This document shows, one piece after another, positions 1 to 13,941 of a stretch of 64,000 bases of DNA. The DNA is taken from positions 53,517,845 through 53,581,844 of the forward strand of contig NC_068994.1 of assembly GCF_001194135.2 (NCBI RefSeq), written 5' to 3'. The notes beneath the pieces are model-generated. The model made no database searches, was not told where the DNA came from, and saw only the letters and a program-made list of their open reading frames with translations. This stretch comes from Octopus bimaculoides (lineage: Eukaryota). The translations under genes were made by a program, and so were the position numbers. The first letter of the stretch is position 1. Each line of letters starts with the position of its first letter.

Positions 1-13
1 ATATATACATACA

Positions 14-57
<44 letters not shown>

Positions 58-89
58 ATTCCTTTCTGTTGAAGAGTGCAGGCCCAAAA

Positions 90-430
90 CGTTGCAGTAG
101 AACTCCCGACTGATGGTCTGGTCCTGGGGGATAAATTCTTGATGCACAATACCACATTTCTACGAGTGACGGTCATGGCAGGTCTTCCAGGTTGCTAATC
201 ATCTTCCAGAGATGTTCTTCCATTATTGAAGCACCTGTGCCACCTGAAACATTGCGTACAACCCGTTACCTTGTTGCCATAAGCTTGCTCAAGCATGATC
301 AATGTCTCTGTAGCAGACTTCCCGAGTTTAACACAAAATTTCACACTGGCTCTTTGTTTCTGTCCATGACAAAATTGCAGACTACAGCAATACACGCAAT
401 TACAAAAACACAAATTTCACAACTTGCAAA
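90..430 (-). mobile_element. Internally deleted mariner (Tc1/mariner) transposase remnant
   Basis: QRASVKFCVKLGKSATETLIMLEQAYG...WHRCFNNGRTSLEDD (N-terminal HTH), followed after a frameshift by GIVHQEFIPQDQTISREFYCNVL (catalytic-domain motif). Confidence 0.85.
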
Positions 431-695
431 CTTGCAAACACAACGATGTCAGCACACTGCTTCATGAAGGTCAATGTTGGCTCTCTCTGAGCACACAACT
501 GTGTGCTGCTGTCTTTTGGTGCATTAAAAAATTAGTCCAGGAACTTTTGATATGTATGTATTTATGTAAGTATCCATGCATGTATGTAGAAAATGATTTG
601 TATAGCTTTGATAATGTACACGCAAAAGTAAAATGGTTTCAGCTGTAATATTTTGTATCAGGGATGCTTCTCTTAAGAGACATGTATGTGTATGT

Positions 696-727
<32 letters not shown>

Positions 728-910
728 TTAACGTCCATTTTCCAAGCTGGCATGGGTTGGCTATCTTGACAGGAACTGGCAAGGCCAGGAACTGCACCAA
801 GTTCCATAGTCTGTTTTAGCTTGGTTTCAATGGTTGGATGCCCTTCCTAATAGCAACCACTTTACAGAGTGTACTGGATGCTTTCTATGTGGTGCCAGCA
901 TGCTCACCAA
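696..910 (-). mobile_element. Common LINE/SINE 3' tail module ending in (GAT)n
   Basis: Same module recurs at about 5305-5470(+), 20440-20590(-), 27030-27240(-), 30180-30350(-), 34200-34358(+) and 63790-63995(+). Confidence 0.75.
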
Positions 911-1199
911 TGCTTTTTACATGGTTCCTTGGTTTTAGGATCTCAGTTTTGTTGTGGTCGGCAGCTCTTCTCAAGTATGGCAATGTGCCACATATCACAG
1001 TCCTCTGTCACCTACTTTGTAAGGCTCAGCATTTTGAGATCGGCCTTCAATACTTCATTCCATGTCTTCCTATGTTTCCTTTTTCCACAACTCTCTATGC
1101 AACTGTCTATGTATGTATATACTTATTATATTATGTATATGTATATCCCTTGATAGCAGCACCCAATATTGAATCCTTTAAGTGCATGCTAGAAATCAC

Positions 1200-1520
1200 C
1201 TCCTCATGAGCCAAGTAGCATCAGCTACACATCTCAATCCAGTTCATAAAAATTATGAAAAGGAGCGGTGACAATACACATCCCACCTGAAGTCCAACAT
1301 CCGCATTGAAAGTTGAAAGGTTGTGACTCAGCACCGCTTACTCAGAGACAAACATTTGGGCATAAAGTTGTCAGAAGCAACATAATGAGACGCTTAATGT
1401 TTCTTTACATCATTAAGAATCTAGCTGCCTACAGACAGGAGATACAGCACTGCTACAGCAAACAGTAACAGTGCTGCAAACTGGAGAACTGCTTCAATGA
1501 TATCCCTATATGGAGTTCAA
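1200..1520 (-). mobile_element. Decayed RTE-type LINE RT fragment
   Basis: Minus-strand translation NADVGLQVGCVLSPLLFIIFMNWI resembles the RT motif GxRQGCxLSPLLF. Confidence 0.7.
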
Positions 1521-2566
1521 CTTCTCAGGTTGGTGTGGCCAGAGGAGCTGTTAATTCTTACTGGTTACTTTTATATTGCTCAAATATACTATGGCAATAT
1601 CCATGATCTTAGGGAGGTGAATCGGCAGTCATTAGAGCAACATTTCCCAAAATCAGCTCCAAAGAATATCAGGGTTCCAAGAAACATTTCTAGGATTCCG
1701 TGAGTCTTCTGATAAAATTTGATAAGAATTTATTTTATAAAAAATATAGTATTCACCATTTTAAAAATTATATGTGGAAGAAGGTTATGAATGAATTCTC
1801 TCTCTAAAATAACTTTTGTTTCATTTAATGTTTTATTAAAATGAATATGGTGGGGTTTGTCTGTAGACTATAGGAATGAGTTCCATTAGTTTGAGAGAAT
1901 TTATGTGGAACTCACAGCAGTAGAATGCCTTGTGGTATTCATTTTGGTTTTCTAAACTTCAAGTTTAAATTCCACCAAGTTCACCTTCTGTTTTCATCCT
2001 TTCAGGATCAATAAAGTGCCAGTCCTGTAACATTATTGCTCCAACTTCTCTTTCTCTCTCTCCCTCCCATCCACCTCTCTTTCTCTCTCTCTCTGGAAAA
2101 AATCAGTTGTGGCCAGATTTGGAAGGATGATGGACTCTATCAGGTTTTTATATCCTAATACACACTGTATGTCACAGCAGCACCTCTGTGGCCCTATAAG
2201 GAATGAAGCCTCAGGAAAAAAGGAAGAATTGTCTCATAATTTCCATTTCACGGGTACCAAAGTGAAGTCACAGTCATACTAAGGACATTATTTTTATCCT
2301 CATAGTTCCAAACCCAAGTCTACCATGACAAGAGTACCAAGGTTGTTCATATTCAATGTCTCCAACATAGGTATACAATGGTTGTACTCAGGCTCCAATC
2401 CAAAAGTACCCTGGTTCTCCTTGTGGTCTTCCACCCACAGATATAACAATGAAAGAAGTATAATTCTTTGAGGATGGTGTTGATTTAATTTTCCAATTAA
2501 AAGAGAATCAATAACTATCATTAAATATATATTTTATTTTCAACTTCTTGAAACATGTTTACAAAT

Positions 2567-2601
<35 letters not shown>

Positions 2602-5105
2602 ACAAAGAGAGATATATGTATGTGCACATATATAGATACATACTTACACACTCGATAACTGTTTTATGTATTTTTCTTATTTTGTCTTCCCATCAAAGAG
2701 TATACAAACTGAATTAGCTCATCAAGATTACTGACACCTCTCTTCTTAAATATAACTAATAGTAATAGTTGTAGAGGAACTAAAATACATTGCAACCAAC
2801 AATATGGCATAAGTCCCGAGGATAAAACAGGGCTATCTATAAATAAAAAAAACTCTTCTCAGTAAGAAAAAAGAAGCAGCAAATAATGGATCCAAATAGC
2901 CAAGAAAATGAATGGCAGCACAAAAAAAATGTTCAAGTGGGAAGAAAAAAGATGAATAGATAATGGCAAGATTCAGTAAGAGGTTTTTCAATCAATTTCA
3001 GACACAACATGGTTATATGCTGAGTTCAGTTTTCATCTTCAAATGTAATTATTGTTGTTAATATTGTGTGTCCCAGGTCAATCCTGATTTGACCAACCTT
3101 TGTATGACTCATACATAGTTGGTTAAATGATTTGGACCAATCCACAGATTCATAACTTCAGAAACACTACATCATCTTCCTACTGAGAACCATACTCTGC
3201 TTTACTTCACGGTCTAACATGCAATGGTTAATTGTCTAAAGGGCAAAGTTGCTGTCTGTACATGTTGTCCTCTGGTTATTGCTGTTGTTGTTATATATCA
3301 CCAGGTTAGCCCTCATCAAGCAAACACATGGCACAGAGACAGTGAACTAAATGACTATGAATGATGCAAAGATCATAGCTGCAGATATTACTATGTGTCT
3401 GACTGGTTGAAGATCTCACTACTCTGTAGATTCAAACATACAGTGGTTAAACATATCAAGATCTATGCAAAAAGAAACCAAACTTTAAAACAATGCACCA
3501 ACCAACCAGCACAGCATGCTTGTGTCTGCAGTACCATGTATGGATGGCTTAGATATTCGGTTGAATAACAGTTACAGCAGTTAGTTGTTGATCTATACAT
3601 GTTAGAATCAAAATAGATATGTATGTGTCTACTTAGTTGCACAAATTCTTTCCAGTGAGATGGTTCACAGCTGAGATCCAGAGATTCTCCATATAGAAGA
3701 CACTAGTGCTCAAAAGATTCAAACTTAGACTCTGATGCCTTTCCAGGGAATCATCTCCAAGGTAAAGAAAGGTTATAAGAGGGATCAAGTTGAGTGGGTA
3801 TAGAGACAATTATGCAGATAAACAAATTAGACATCTAATTTGTTTATCCGCACAACTGCCTATGTGTATATATATATATATCTTGGGTATTGCATTAAAC
3901 TGTATCTGGTGGTGAGACTCCAGTTTAGGAGTTCTGGAGTTGTGGGAAGCATGGAATCACCCCTTAGTTACCATTACTCCCAGGTCCATTCTGACTGGGA
4001 GCAGTAGTACCTGTCAGGGTCCCCTCTATGAGTTAAATAGATTTTTGCCCAGGGATAGAAGAGGCACCTGGTGCTTTTGAAAAAGCAGTGGGGAAATCTT
4101 GTCACTGGAACCTGCTATAGTGACTTAAGAGAAAATCTTAAATTTCAGTGTGATCGAATAGTTTCAAAGAGATTTGAAAATGGACAAAATTTTACACAAA
4201 AGCAGTGAAATTGTTAAGAATTATCACTCCTCTTGGTAATTCTTAGTAATTTCACTGCTTGTTAAAAGTTGTATATACTATCATTTTGCCAAATCTTTAG
4301 CTGGGTTACTCAAAACTACCAAACATTTCATAACTGCCTAAATATTACAGAGAAGTGACCTTCATTTGCCACTAACAATTCTGCAGTAACAAATTGAAAG
4401 ACTTGTGCGTTTATTTCAGCTATAAGGTCCACAATGAATATAGAGCTGATCATAAGAATATCTTTTGGCTACTTGATGTTTTATATAAGTTTTTTTTTTT
4501 TTTAAATTACACGTTGAAGTTAATGTTTGGCAGCCCTTGTAGCTTCTACTTCTGGTATACATTTATGGCTTTACAGGATTTTGTTTGCTGATATAGTTTT
4601 ATAGGTATAGAAATGGTTGTTTTTGTAAGCTATTACAAATACTTTGTTTTTACATGATACAGCTGCAACTGATAAATATAGCAATTGATAAAATACTTCC
4701 TTTTTTTCTCAGCTAACTGCATGTATGAGACGCTACAGAGATAAGTTAAATTTAGAAGAGAGTCATGAGTAAAAAAATGATGAAGAACCACTGATTCAGA
4801 TAACCTAAACTTGTCATGGATTTAAAGTTTAAATATAACATATCTCTTTGTTTTGTCTTTCTCTGTCCCCCCACATACACATACACTCAAACACACTCTC
4901 ACTCATTCTAAGTCACCCACTCAAGTGCACATTCTCTCCATCTTTCTTTTTACAATCCAAAATGACAGTCATTCTTAAAAATCAAGTCATCTTTAAAAAA
5001 AAGTGAATAAATCTTTTTTTTTTTAACAGAACTGATGCCAAGTAGAAATTTCCAAGACATCCGTTAGCAACAGGTCATGGAACATCATCAGCAAATCTTA
5101 CAGAC

Positions 5106-5227
5106 CTTAAAGATTCTTTTGATTTTGCTTCAAGTCCATCACAAACTGTCTTTAAATGTTTCTGGTGAGCAGCCTCACATTTCAATAATTCATTCTTGTG
5201 GTTCGCTTGTTGTTTGGCTAGTTCATT
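5106..5227 (-). CDS. FAM184A: FAM184-like exon (NELAKQQANH...KESLR), last exon in window
   Basis: ttttgtatttcag acceptor, AG|GTCTGT donor, 122 nt, phase 0-2; resembles the FAM184A segment GELEQERQQH...WTENLR. Confidence 0.82.
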
Positions 5228-5676
5228 CTGAAATACAAAAATGTCAAACTTAGTGCAATTAACAAGTAATTCTTTTATTCTCTTGCAAGTTACTTAGTGA
5301 CCTCACCCGGTACACTCTGTAGAGTGAGTGATGTTAGGAATAGCATCAGGCTGTAGAAATCATGCCAAAGGCTGACATCTTAGCTTGGCACAGTCCTCTG
5401 GTTTACGAAACCCTGTCAAATTGTCCGACCCATACCAGCATGGAGAACGGACTTTTAATGATGACAGAGAGTGACCATAAAGTCTGGATACATAGGCAAA
5501 AATGACAAATTCATATTCATCTGCAGGAGAAAAAACAAGAATACTCGTGATATTTGCCATGTATACAGGCTTTATGGCCACCCTCAACGTGTGTATACAC
5601 ACACACACACACACGCACACACACACACACATGCATATACATATGTATATGTATATAGATATATGCACATATATAC

Positions 5677-5730
<54 letters not shown>

Positions 5731-7130
5731 CCCCCTCTCTCACATCTCCTTGCCTTCTCTTCATGCTCACTTTCCCTCCGCTTTTTCACTTCACTGTGTC
5801 CCTGTCATTTTTTCTCACACCTCCTTATTTCTTCTGTCCCTCTGCCTCTACCTCTCTCTCTTCTCTTCCCTGTAATCGACTTAATCCCTTTGTCTGTCCT
5901 TGTTTGTCCCCTCTATGTTTAACCCCTTGTGGGCAATAAAGAAATAAAATGATTGACTTTGAAATGTATCTGGCTCTGTCAAGGTTAGACTCATAAATCG
6001 ATGTCAAAATCCACAGCCAGGTGAATCAAAAAAGGGAGAAGTAGAGGTCCTCTAATTAAATATTCTAAATGACCTGAGGTGCTTGTCCTGCCTTGATTTT
6101 GTTTTCCTTTTCCTTTAATATGTACATATATATATAAAGATAAATTCCAACTATATATATATATATATACCGGAGTAAGCACATGAAATGTGCAACAAGG
6201 TGGAAAAAAGAGTCTCAAATACCAGAGGTAGAGTAATATGCTTTATTTAAAAGCAGCAGAAATATAACAAAAAAAACGTTACTCTGAGTTTCACGCTCCC
6301 GTTCATCGGACAGTTTTGTTAGAAATGATGGAAGGATAACGATGCAATCGAAAGTAATATAAAATTTAAAATTTAAAACACATGGATTCGTCTGATTGGT
6401 TGTTTCAAATAAGGACCATGGATTGGTCGTTTCAATTAACGGTCAATAATGTGTAATTCACAGACCAAATAAATTTAATACAGATTCACCATATATATAT
6501 ATATATAGGAAAATGAAAAACAAGGCATTTTCCTATTACTTCTCCACGTGCGGTTAACACAACCCCACTATTTACTGACTTATATATGTATATATATGTA
6601 TATATACATACACACACAAATTTACTTATAAATGTTTACATACATATTACATAAATGTGCATGCATGTGTGAGTGTGTGTGCGTGTGCATGACATGCAAC
6701 CTTGTCACACATTGTTTCATTCAATAATAGATCCTGTCTAATGACTGTATAAAAGGTGCAAGTGTTAATAGACTACTCAGCCATTTAAGATGTAATTCAT
6801 CTTTTGCTATTGATGTATTATAAGGAGGTATTATATATCTTATTGTTGTCGTTTAGCCCCAAGTCAGCCATGATCAAGCATTCTGCCCATGACAATCCTA
6901 TCAATTTTTTTAGGTTTACTCTACTCCAGACCACATTATCCAATGTGTTCTTTCTTTTCAAACAGTATAATGAAGTTTGAGGGAGTTTTAACTGTTATTT
7001 CTTGAATGCTGAACAACTTTCCAGAAGCTTCTTTATTGACTTGTTTAAGTGCTGTACTAGATGTACATACGTGTGTACACTTCTGTGTAAGTGATCCATT
7101 AAATGTCATTAGAGCCATCCTTGTTAAGTG

Positions 7131-7169
<39 letters not shown>

Positions 7170-8749
7170 TGTGTGAATGCTTACATGTGTATATACACGT
7201 CTACACGAATAAACATCATCATGACAAGTATGGAAGTATTTTCGGAAGTGAAGGAAGGAAAGGAAAAAACTCCTCAGTTGTAATAGTTTTGAAGAGGATA
7301 GAAATTTCCTCAGTGCGGGGTTTCCCAACAGGGATTGTATGTTGATTGGTACAGAATTAACCAATCAGAAACAAGGGAGGCAAATACCAATTCATATATA
7401 TAGAATAGGATTTCACTCCATGAAATGTTAGTTTCATTCAGTCAGGCAGAGTGCTGAGATTGAAAAATATTTTCTTTTACTTTGTTTTTTTAAAGACTTC
7501 CTCTTTACTAGAGAGAAGAGTGAAGTTGTAAGGCATTACTAATGAAAACAGGACACTGACATGTACTAGCAGTAGATATCTGAATTATTTGACTCACAAC
7601 AGACTGAGCAGTATCTGTAGACAATAAACAATACTAACAACAACAAGAACAATAATAATAAACACAGCAAATCACAATACATAAATCACTCTCTTTCATA
7701 TTTGGATAATAGAGACAATGACATACAAACTGTACTTCTTCTGCGTGTGCGCAGTATTATTCACAAAGTGCATGCCTGGAGTGCTTAACCTTCCAACAGA
7801 TGATTTGACCACTGAAAACCCTGAACCAGTCACAACAATCTTCGACACATACACAGCAACCCAAGAAGCATTCACATCTAAATTGGAAGATGTAGAAGTA
7901 GAAGATGAGGATGAACAAGATCAACCTCAAAATAGAACACAGATTAATGAAGACATAATTTCTGCAATGAAGCTGAGAAAAATGCTTTTCTTGAATATAA
8001 CACCAGTAGTATGTGCCCTTGGAATTCTTGGAAATATCATGAACTTGATCGTACTCTGCCAGAAACAGATGAGAGGGTCTACCAACTGCTTCCTGATAGC
8101 ACTTGCTGTTTCTGATATGATGCTTCTCGTCATGCAGATAGGACCACTTATTGCATCCTTTGAGAACTTTGTTGGCTACTCACGAAAGTATATAATTGCT
8201 TCTCGTTACTTAATGATTATTCGGTGAGTACTCACAAATTTTTTAATCTTCCTATTTGTGTTATGAAAATCAAGTTGAAATGATTAATCTTTGTAAATAG
8301 AAAACTAAAGTGCCTGATGGTTTACAAGTTTACAAATTTTAGGACTTTCAAACTCATCTTTGAAAATGAAAAATCTTTAAGAATTCGTGTTTTCACTATT
8401 TCATCAGCTAGATCTTGAAATACAAGTAGTAACAAACTAAGAAAGTATATTTCTAAACTACAGACTTGGAAACTTTATTCTTAGTTATGGCATTACATTC
8501 TTATCCATTGAAGCTAGTTTAGGATTTAAAGTTCTTTGTTCAAATTTAGCATGGTATTGTATACACATCCAGGATTAAGACATCTGCTGATGATCAGTGA
8601 CCAAACTAATCAAACTGTAGGATTGATATCAATATTGAAAATTCATTAAAACACATATAAGGTGAATAGTAAAAAGGAAAAAAATATTTTCTTATTTACA
8701 GAATCACACTTTAAACATTTACTGTGTAATTATTTGAGAATGAATACAT

Positions 8750-8786
<37 letters not shown>

Positions 8787-8807
8787 TACACACATACATA
8801 AATACAT

Positions 8808-8838
<31 letters not shown>

Positions 8839-9498
8839 TACATAAATACATACATACATACATACATACATACATACATACATACATACAATATCGTAGA
8901 CACATACACAAGGTATGTGTTTTGCTAGTCTGTGGGTAGGCTGCTCTTATAGGCATAAGAGAACATATTATTTACCTTATTTACATTTGATGGATATTTG
9001 TCTCATCTTGTTTATTGTTAACACAATGTTTCAGCTGATATACCCTCCAGCCTTCATCAGATGTCTTGTGTTAACAACAAACAAGATGAGGACAAATATC
9101 CATCAAATGTAAATAATGTACATAATTCCTCATCTCTTAAATATAGAACTGTATTATAAGAGAATATATTCTCTTCAATGCACCTGGTGTTAAAACATCT
9201 GCAAGTCATAGATAAGCAAGATAACTGAAATCCAGTCTCATTCAAGAGCGATAGGCACTGATGTTTCATCATTTTTGTGACTTGTCAATATCACATACCC
9301 AAAACAAGGCCCAATGTTACCTAAATCACTGTCCATGACCATATGCAAAATGGTGTAAGAACCATCTGCTGGTATGTTCCAACATTTCATACCATGGAAA
9401 AAATTCAAATATGAATAAGAAGCAGCTCAAGAGATATAAACAAAATCAAACACACATACACAAGGTATGTGCTTTGCTAGTTTGTGTGTGGGTGTGAT

Positions 9499-9529
<31 letters not shown>

Positions 9530-9912
9530 ATATATATATGGGAGATTATACAAAAAATAACAACACATATACATATATATATAGACACACACACACACAC
9601 ATGTAAATATATATATACGTTTATATATTTGTACACATATATCATCATTTTCATCATGTCATCTTTTTGAGAGACAATGGTTTAGGTGAGTCTAGAATTT
9701 ATCATATATTTCCCTGTCTTTTAACAGTACACTATCTCATCAATCAAGTCAAACACTTTTCCCTTTCAAATAAGAATCTCCTCTATTTCTTTCTTGCTCT
9801 GTATCTGCTACAATTATCTTCTACAGATGGAACATCATTTTTCAATCAACAACATGCTATCAATACATGTATTACATACATAGCCATCTCTCTTATAAAC
9901 CTCACCACTACC

Positions 9913-9961
<49 letters not shown>

Positions 9962-10765
9962 TTGTGAGCCAACAAGGGAATTTCTTCACAATAGCACAAT
10001 TTACTAAAAGTAGTAACCAAATTTCCCTCAAATGACACTTCTTTTGCAATCCCTCCAGAACAAGTGTGATTAATCCTATTAATGTTCATTTGAAATGTTT
10101 GTAAGTCATCACTTGCAAGAAAAACAATAAATGGAATGAAAGAATTCCAGAGGGCTGACATTCTGACAAAAGAAAAAGAACTGGGCATAATGATTAATAC
10201 ACAGCCTGGGAGAGGACAGACAGAGCACAAATAGAAAGGAGACAAATGAATCAGGAGTGCCTAAATGCAGGTGGCACAAGACAAGTCAGACAAGTACAAA
10301 TATATGAAGCCCAGTATACCCATCATGACTACCCGTCTGATAAGGATACACTAGGAATCTCATATCAAGATAAACAGCACATGACCTTGCAGGTGAAGCT
10401 CAGTTAGAATTTTCTTCAGATCGAGTAGCCCATCTTGCTCAAAAGGTCCTTAAATAAACTTTGTTTAAGGATGTTGAACAAAACACTCATGTTACCAGAG
10501 ATGAATTATTCAAACCCCAAAGAATCCCTCTCGACACATGGGTTTGATACTCCTCCACTACTTCTGCTCATGATCAGAGATGCCCATATTGTCAGCCACT
10601 AAGGCACATGCTCAACGGGTTATGGTCAAACAACTAACAAGCAAATCTGTGGTATTGAGTAGAATATTTGCTGTAGCCTATCTTTTATACCAAGACAAAA
10701 CATGTACATAACACTTCCAATCAGTTAAGATCAGCAGCCATGAGAGCCAGTGCCTGGTACTGCAG

Positions 10766-10804
<39 letters not shown>

Positions 10805-12134
10805 GATTGCGAGCCAAACAAAATGCTTCGTGGCATTTCATTCCTTTTTACATTCTGAGCTCAAATTCCACTGAGGTGAATCTTGCCTCTCGTCCTGTTG
10901 GCGTTTGATAAAATAAAATAAGTACCAGTCAAGTACTGAAGTCACTGACTTGACATCTCCCTCTCCTCAAAAACTGCTGGCCCTCTGCCAAAACTTGAAA
11001 CCATTATTACTATTGTTATATGTTTTTGAAATATTACCTCACCAATATCATAATTAAATGTTTTATCTAATATCATGTGTTATTTCATTTACAGATATGT
11101 GACATCAAATTTCTTCATTACATGCACCAGTTGGTTGACCGTGGCAGTGACAATTGAACGATTCATAGCAATACGGTTTGCTCTTAAAGCAAAAATTATG
11201 TGCACTGTCTATCGAGCCAAAGTAGCCATTGTAACAATTTTTATCACATCATTTGTGTTCCATTTCTCAAAATGGTTTGAGTACGGTGTCAATTTTGATC
11301 ACACAAAGCCGAATCCAGTCATTTTTATGCCATTATCACACAGCAAAGCCTATATGAGCTTTATGCATTCAACAAACATAGCAATAGCTGTTTTCATCCC
11401 AGAGATTTCGCTTTCCATTCTCAACACCTTGCTTGTATTTTACCTCGTCAAGCATAACGCATCAACACAACATATGAAGAAGCAGACTTCACAGGAAATT
11501 GCCCACATCACAACTGTTGTCATTACAATGGTTTTGGTGTTTATGATGTGTCATTCAATTGGACTTTATCTCGCCATTAGCATCTCTATCTATGGTAGAA
11601 GCAGTGTGCTGAGCACACCAACAGGCATTAGCCTGAGAGCAATAAACAATCTCCTAGTTCTCATCAATTCCAGTGTCAACTTCATTCTCTACACAGCTAT
11701 CAGCCAACGATTCCGAAGCACCATGAAAGGCATCTTCCTGAGATATACCAAGCCTGGTTATAAATTACCCAGAGGTCAAGGAGGATCTGCTTCAGCCAGC
11801 TCATCAAAAACTAAATCAACATCATCATCTAACAGTAAACGAAGCACTAAAGAGTCAGTAGTATAAACCATAAAGAAGAATTATCAGAAATTGGACCTAA
11901 AGTGCGAAATAGTTTACATAAATATTTGTGAAAAACAAAGTTCTGGAAGCTGAAAATCATTTACATTTTTTTTCCAAAACTATAACAACAAACTAAAACA
12001 CTGAACCAGTGGTTCTCAACCATTTTTCACTTATGGAACCTCTTTGATTCCTATTTTACTAGGGTGAATCCTCATAACCATTCAATGTTTAAAAAAACAA
12101 TATATATAAATATATATATATGAGTGTATATATG

Positions 12135-12217
<83 letters not shown>

Positions 12218-12291
12218 CTTTAGTTCTTTAATTTGTTTTAGCCATCACAGCTAAGGCCTGTATGTATAAACATATATTTTACACATGCACT

Positions 12292-12323
<32 letters not shown>

Positions 12324-13880
12324 CACACACACACACACATATATGAGGGGGTGAATATTTATATGCTTTATTATTTTATTTGCTTCACTCATTAAGACAG
12401 TGTCCACGCTGGGGTACCATATTCAAGGGTTTTGGTCAAGCATCTCAACACCAATACTTATTTATTCAACTGCTAAGATGTAGTTTTGACATAACTTAGA
12501 CACCAGTAAACATAAGCATATATGACAAAAACATCCATGCACACACACACACACAATAAGATTCCACATATTTTTCTGCTACTATGATTGACTTATATGA
12601 CATGTAGTAAAACTAGATGCAGGCATGGCTCTGTGTAGTTAAGAAGTTTGCTTAGCAACCACAAAATTTTGTGTTCAGTTCTACTACATGGTGCCTTGGT
12701 TAAGTGTCTACTGTAGACCCAAATTGACCAATATCTCCAGCTTAAGAGTGTATCATCATCATCATTTAATATCTATGCCAGCATGGAAAACAGATGTGAA
12801 ATGAGGATGATACATTCTAAGCTGGAGATATTGGTCAACTTGAGTCCACAGTAGACACTTGCCCAAGGTGTCATGCAGTAGAAATGCAGTAGGTTGCTAA
12901 GCAAACTTCTTAACAACACAGCAACGTTTGCATCTACTTTTACCACATATCAAATAATCATTTATAGTTGATTACAAATTCCATAAATTATTTAATAGAA
13001 ACTGTATTAAGGTCAGTTATAGTTGCATAGCTAATATTTGTAATATCTCAACTTGTAAATCTCATATGATAAAAATAGATAATGCAGTATGTATTTGTAA
13101 AAATAAAGAGTTATGCTCTGTTGGTAATATTTATAAACTAATGTTTCTTCTTTAACTGGAATTTCTACCACTAAACATTACATTTTCTGCAAGACAGAAA
13201 ACATCTTCAAGAATTGTTATCTCAACTACACTTCATGTTTTCAGGAAGAAATATTAGATAGGTGTTCTTTACATGCCACCAGCATGGGTGCACTTGACTT
13301 GTCAGGTCCTCTCAAGCACAGCACATCACCAAAAGTCTTGGTCACTAGTCACTGCCTCTGTGAGGCTCAGAGTTAGGAGATAATGCTTCACCACCCCATC
13401 CCATGTCTTCCTGGGTCAACCTCTACCACAGGTTCCCTCCACAGTTAGAGATCAGCACTTCTTTACACGGCTGTCTTCATCCATATGCATCACATGACTA
13501 TCTTATGCCTAACTTTTCTCTCAAGATGCTTACACTCTATTGCACATGCACACTGACATTGCACATCCAGCAAAGCATACTGGCTTCATTTCTCTCAAGC
13601 CTACACATGTCCTCGACTGTTATAGCCCATGTTTCACTGCCATGCAGCATAGCTGTTCACACACACGCATCAAACAATCTGCTTTTCACTCTGAGAGAGA
13701 GGCCCTTTGTTGCCAGCAGGGGTAGGAGCTCTCTGAACTTTGCCCAGCCTATTCTTATTCTCACAGCTACACTCTTAGAGCATCCACCTCCACTACTAAC
13801 TTGGTTACTTACATAACAGAAGCTATCAGCTACCTCTAACTTGCCCCTCTGGTATATATATATATTCCACAACTTTACTT

Positions 13881-13941
<61 letters not shown>

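Noticed and set aside
2300-2521. 73-aa minus ORF as the next FAM184 exon
   Set aside because: Not coiled-coil-like and no phase-2-compatible acceptor found. A nearby donor at 2647 has stops in all three frames. The next exon is probably left of the window.
5360-5939. Many ORFs reading [18 protein letters not shown] or MMMM (here and at 7103, 8662, 9427, 26398, 30643, 37193, 44343 and others)
   Set aside because: Translations of (TA)n, (CA)n and (CAT)n microsatellites; no splice or homology support.
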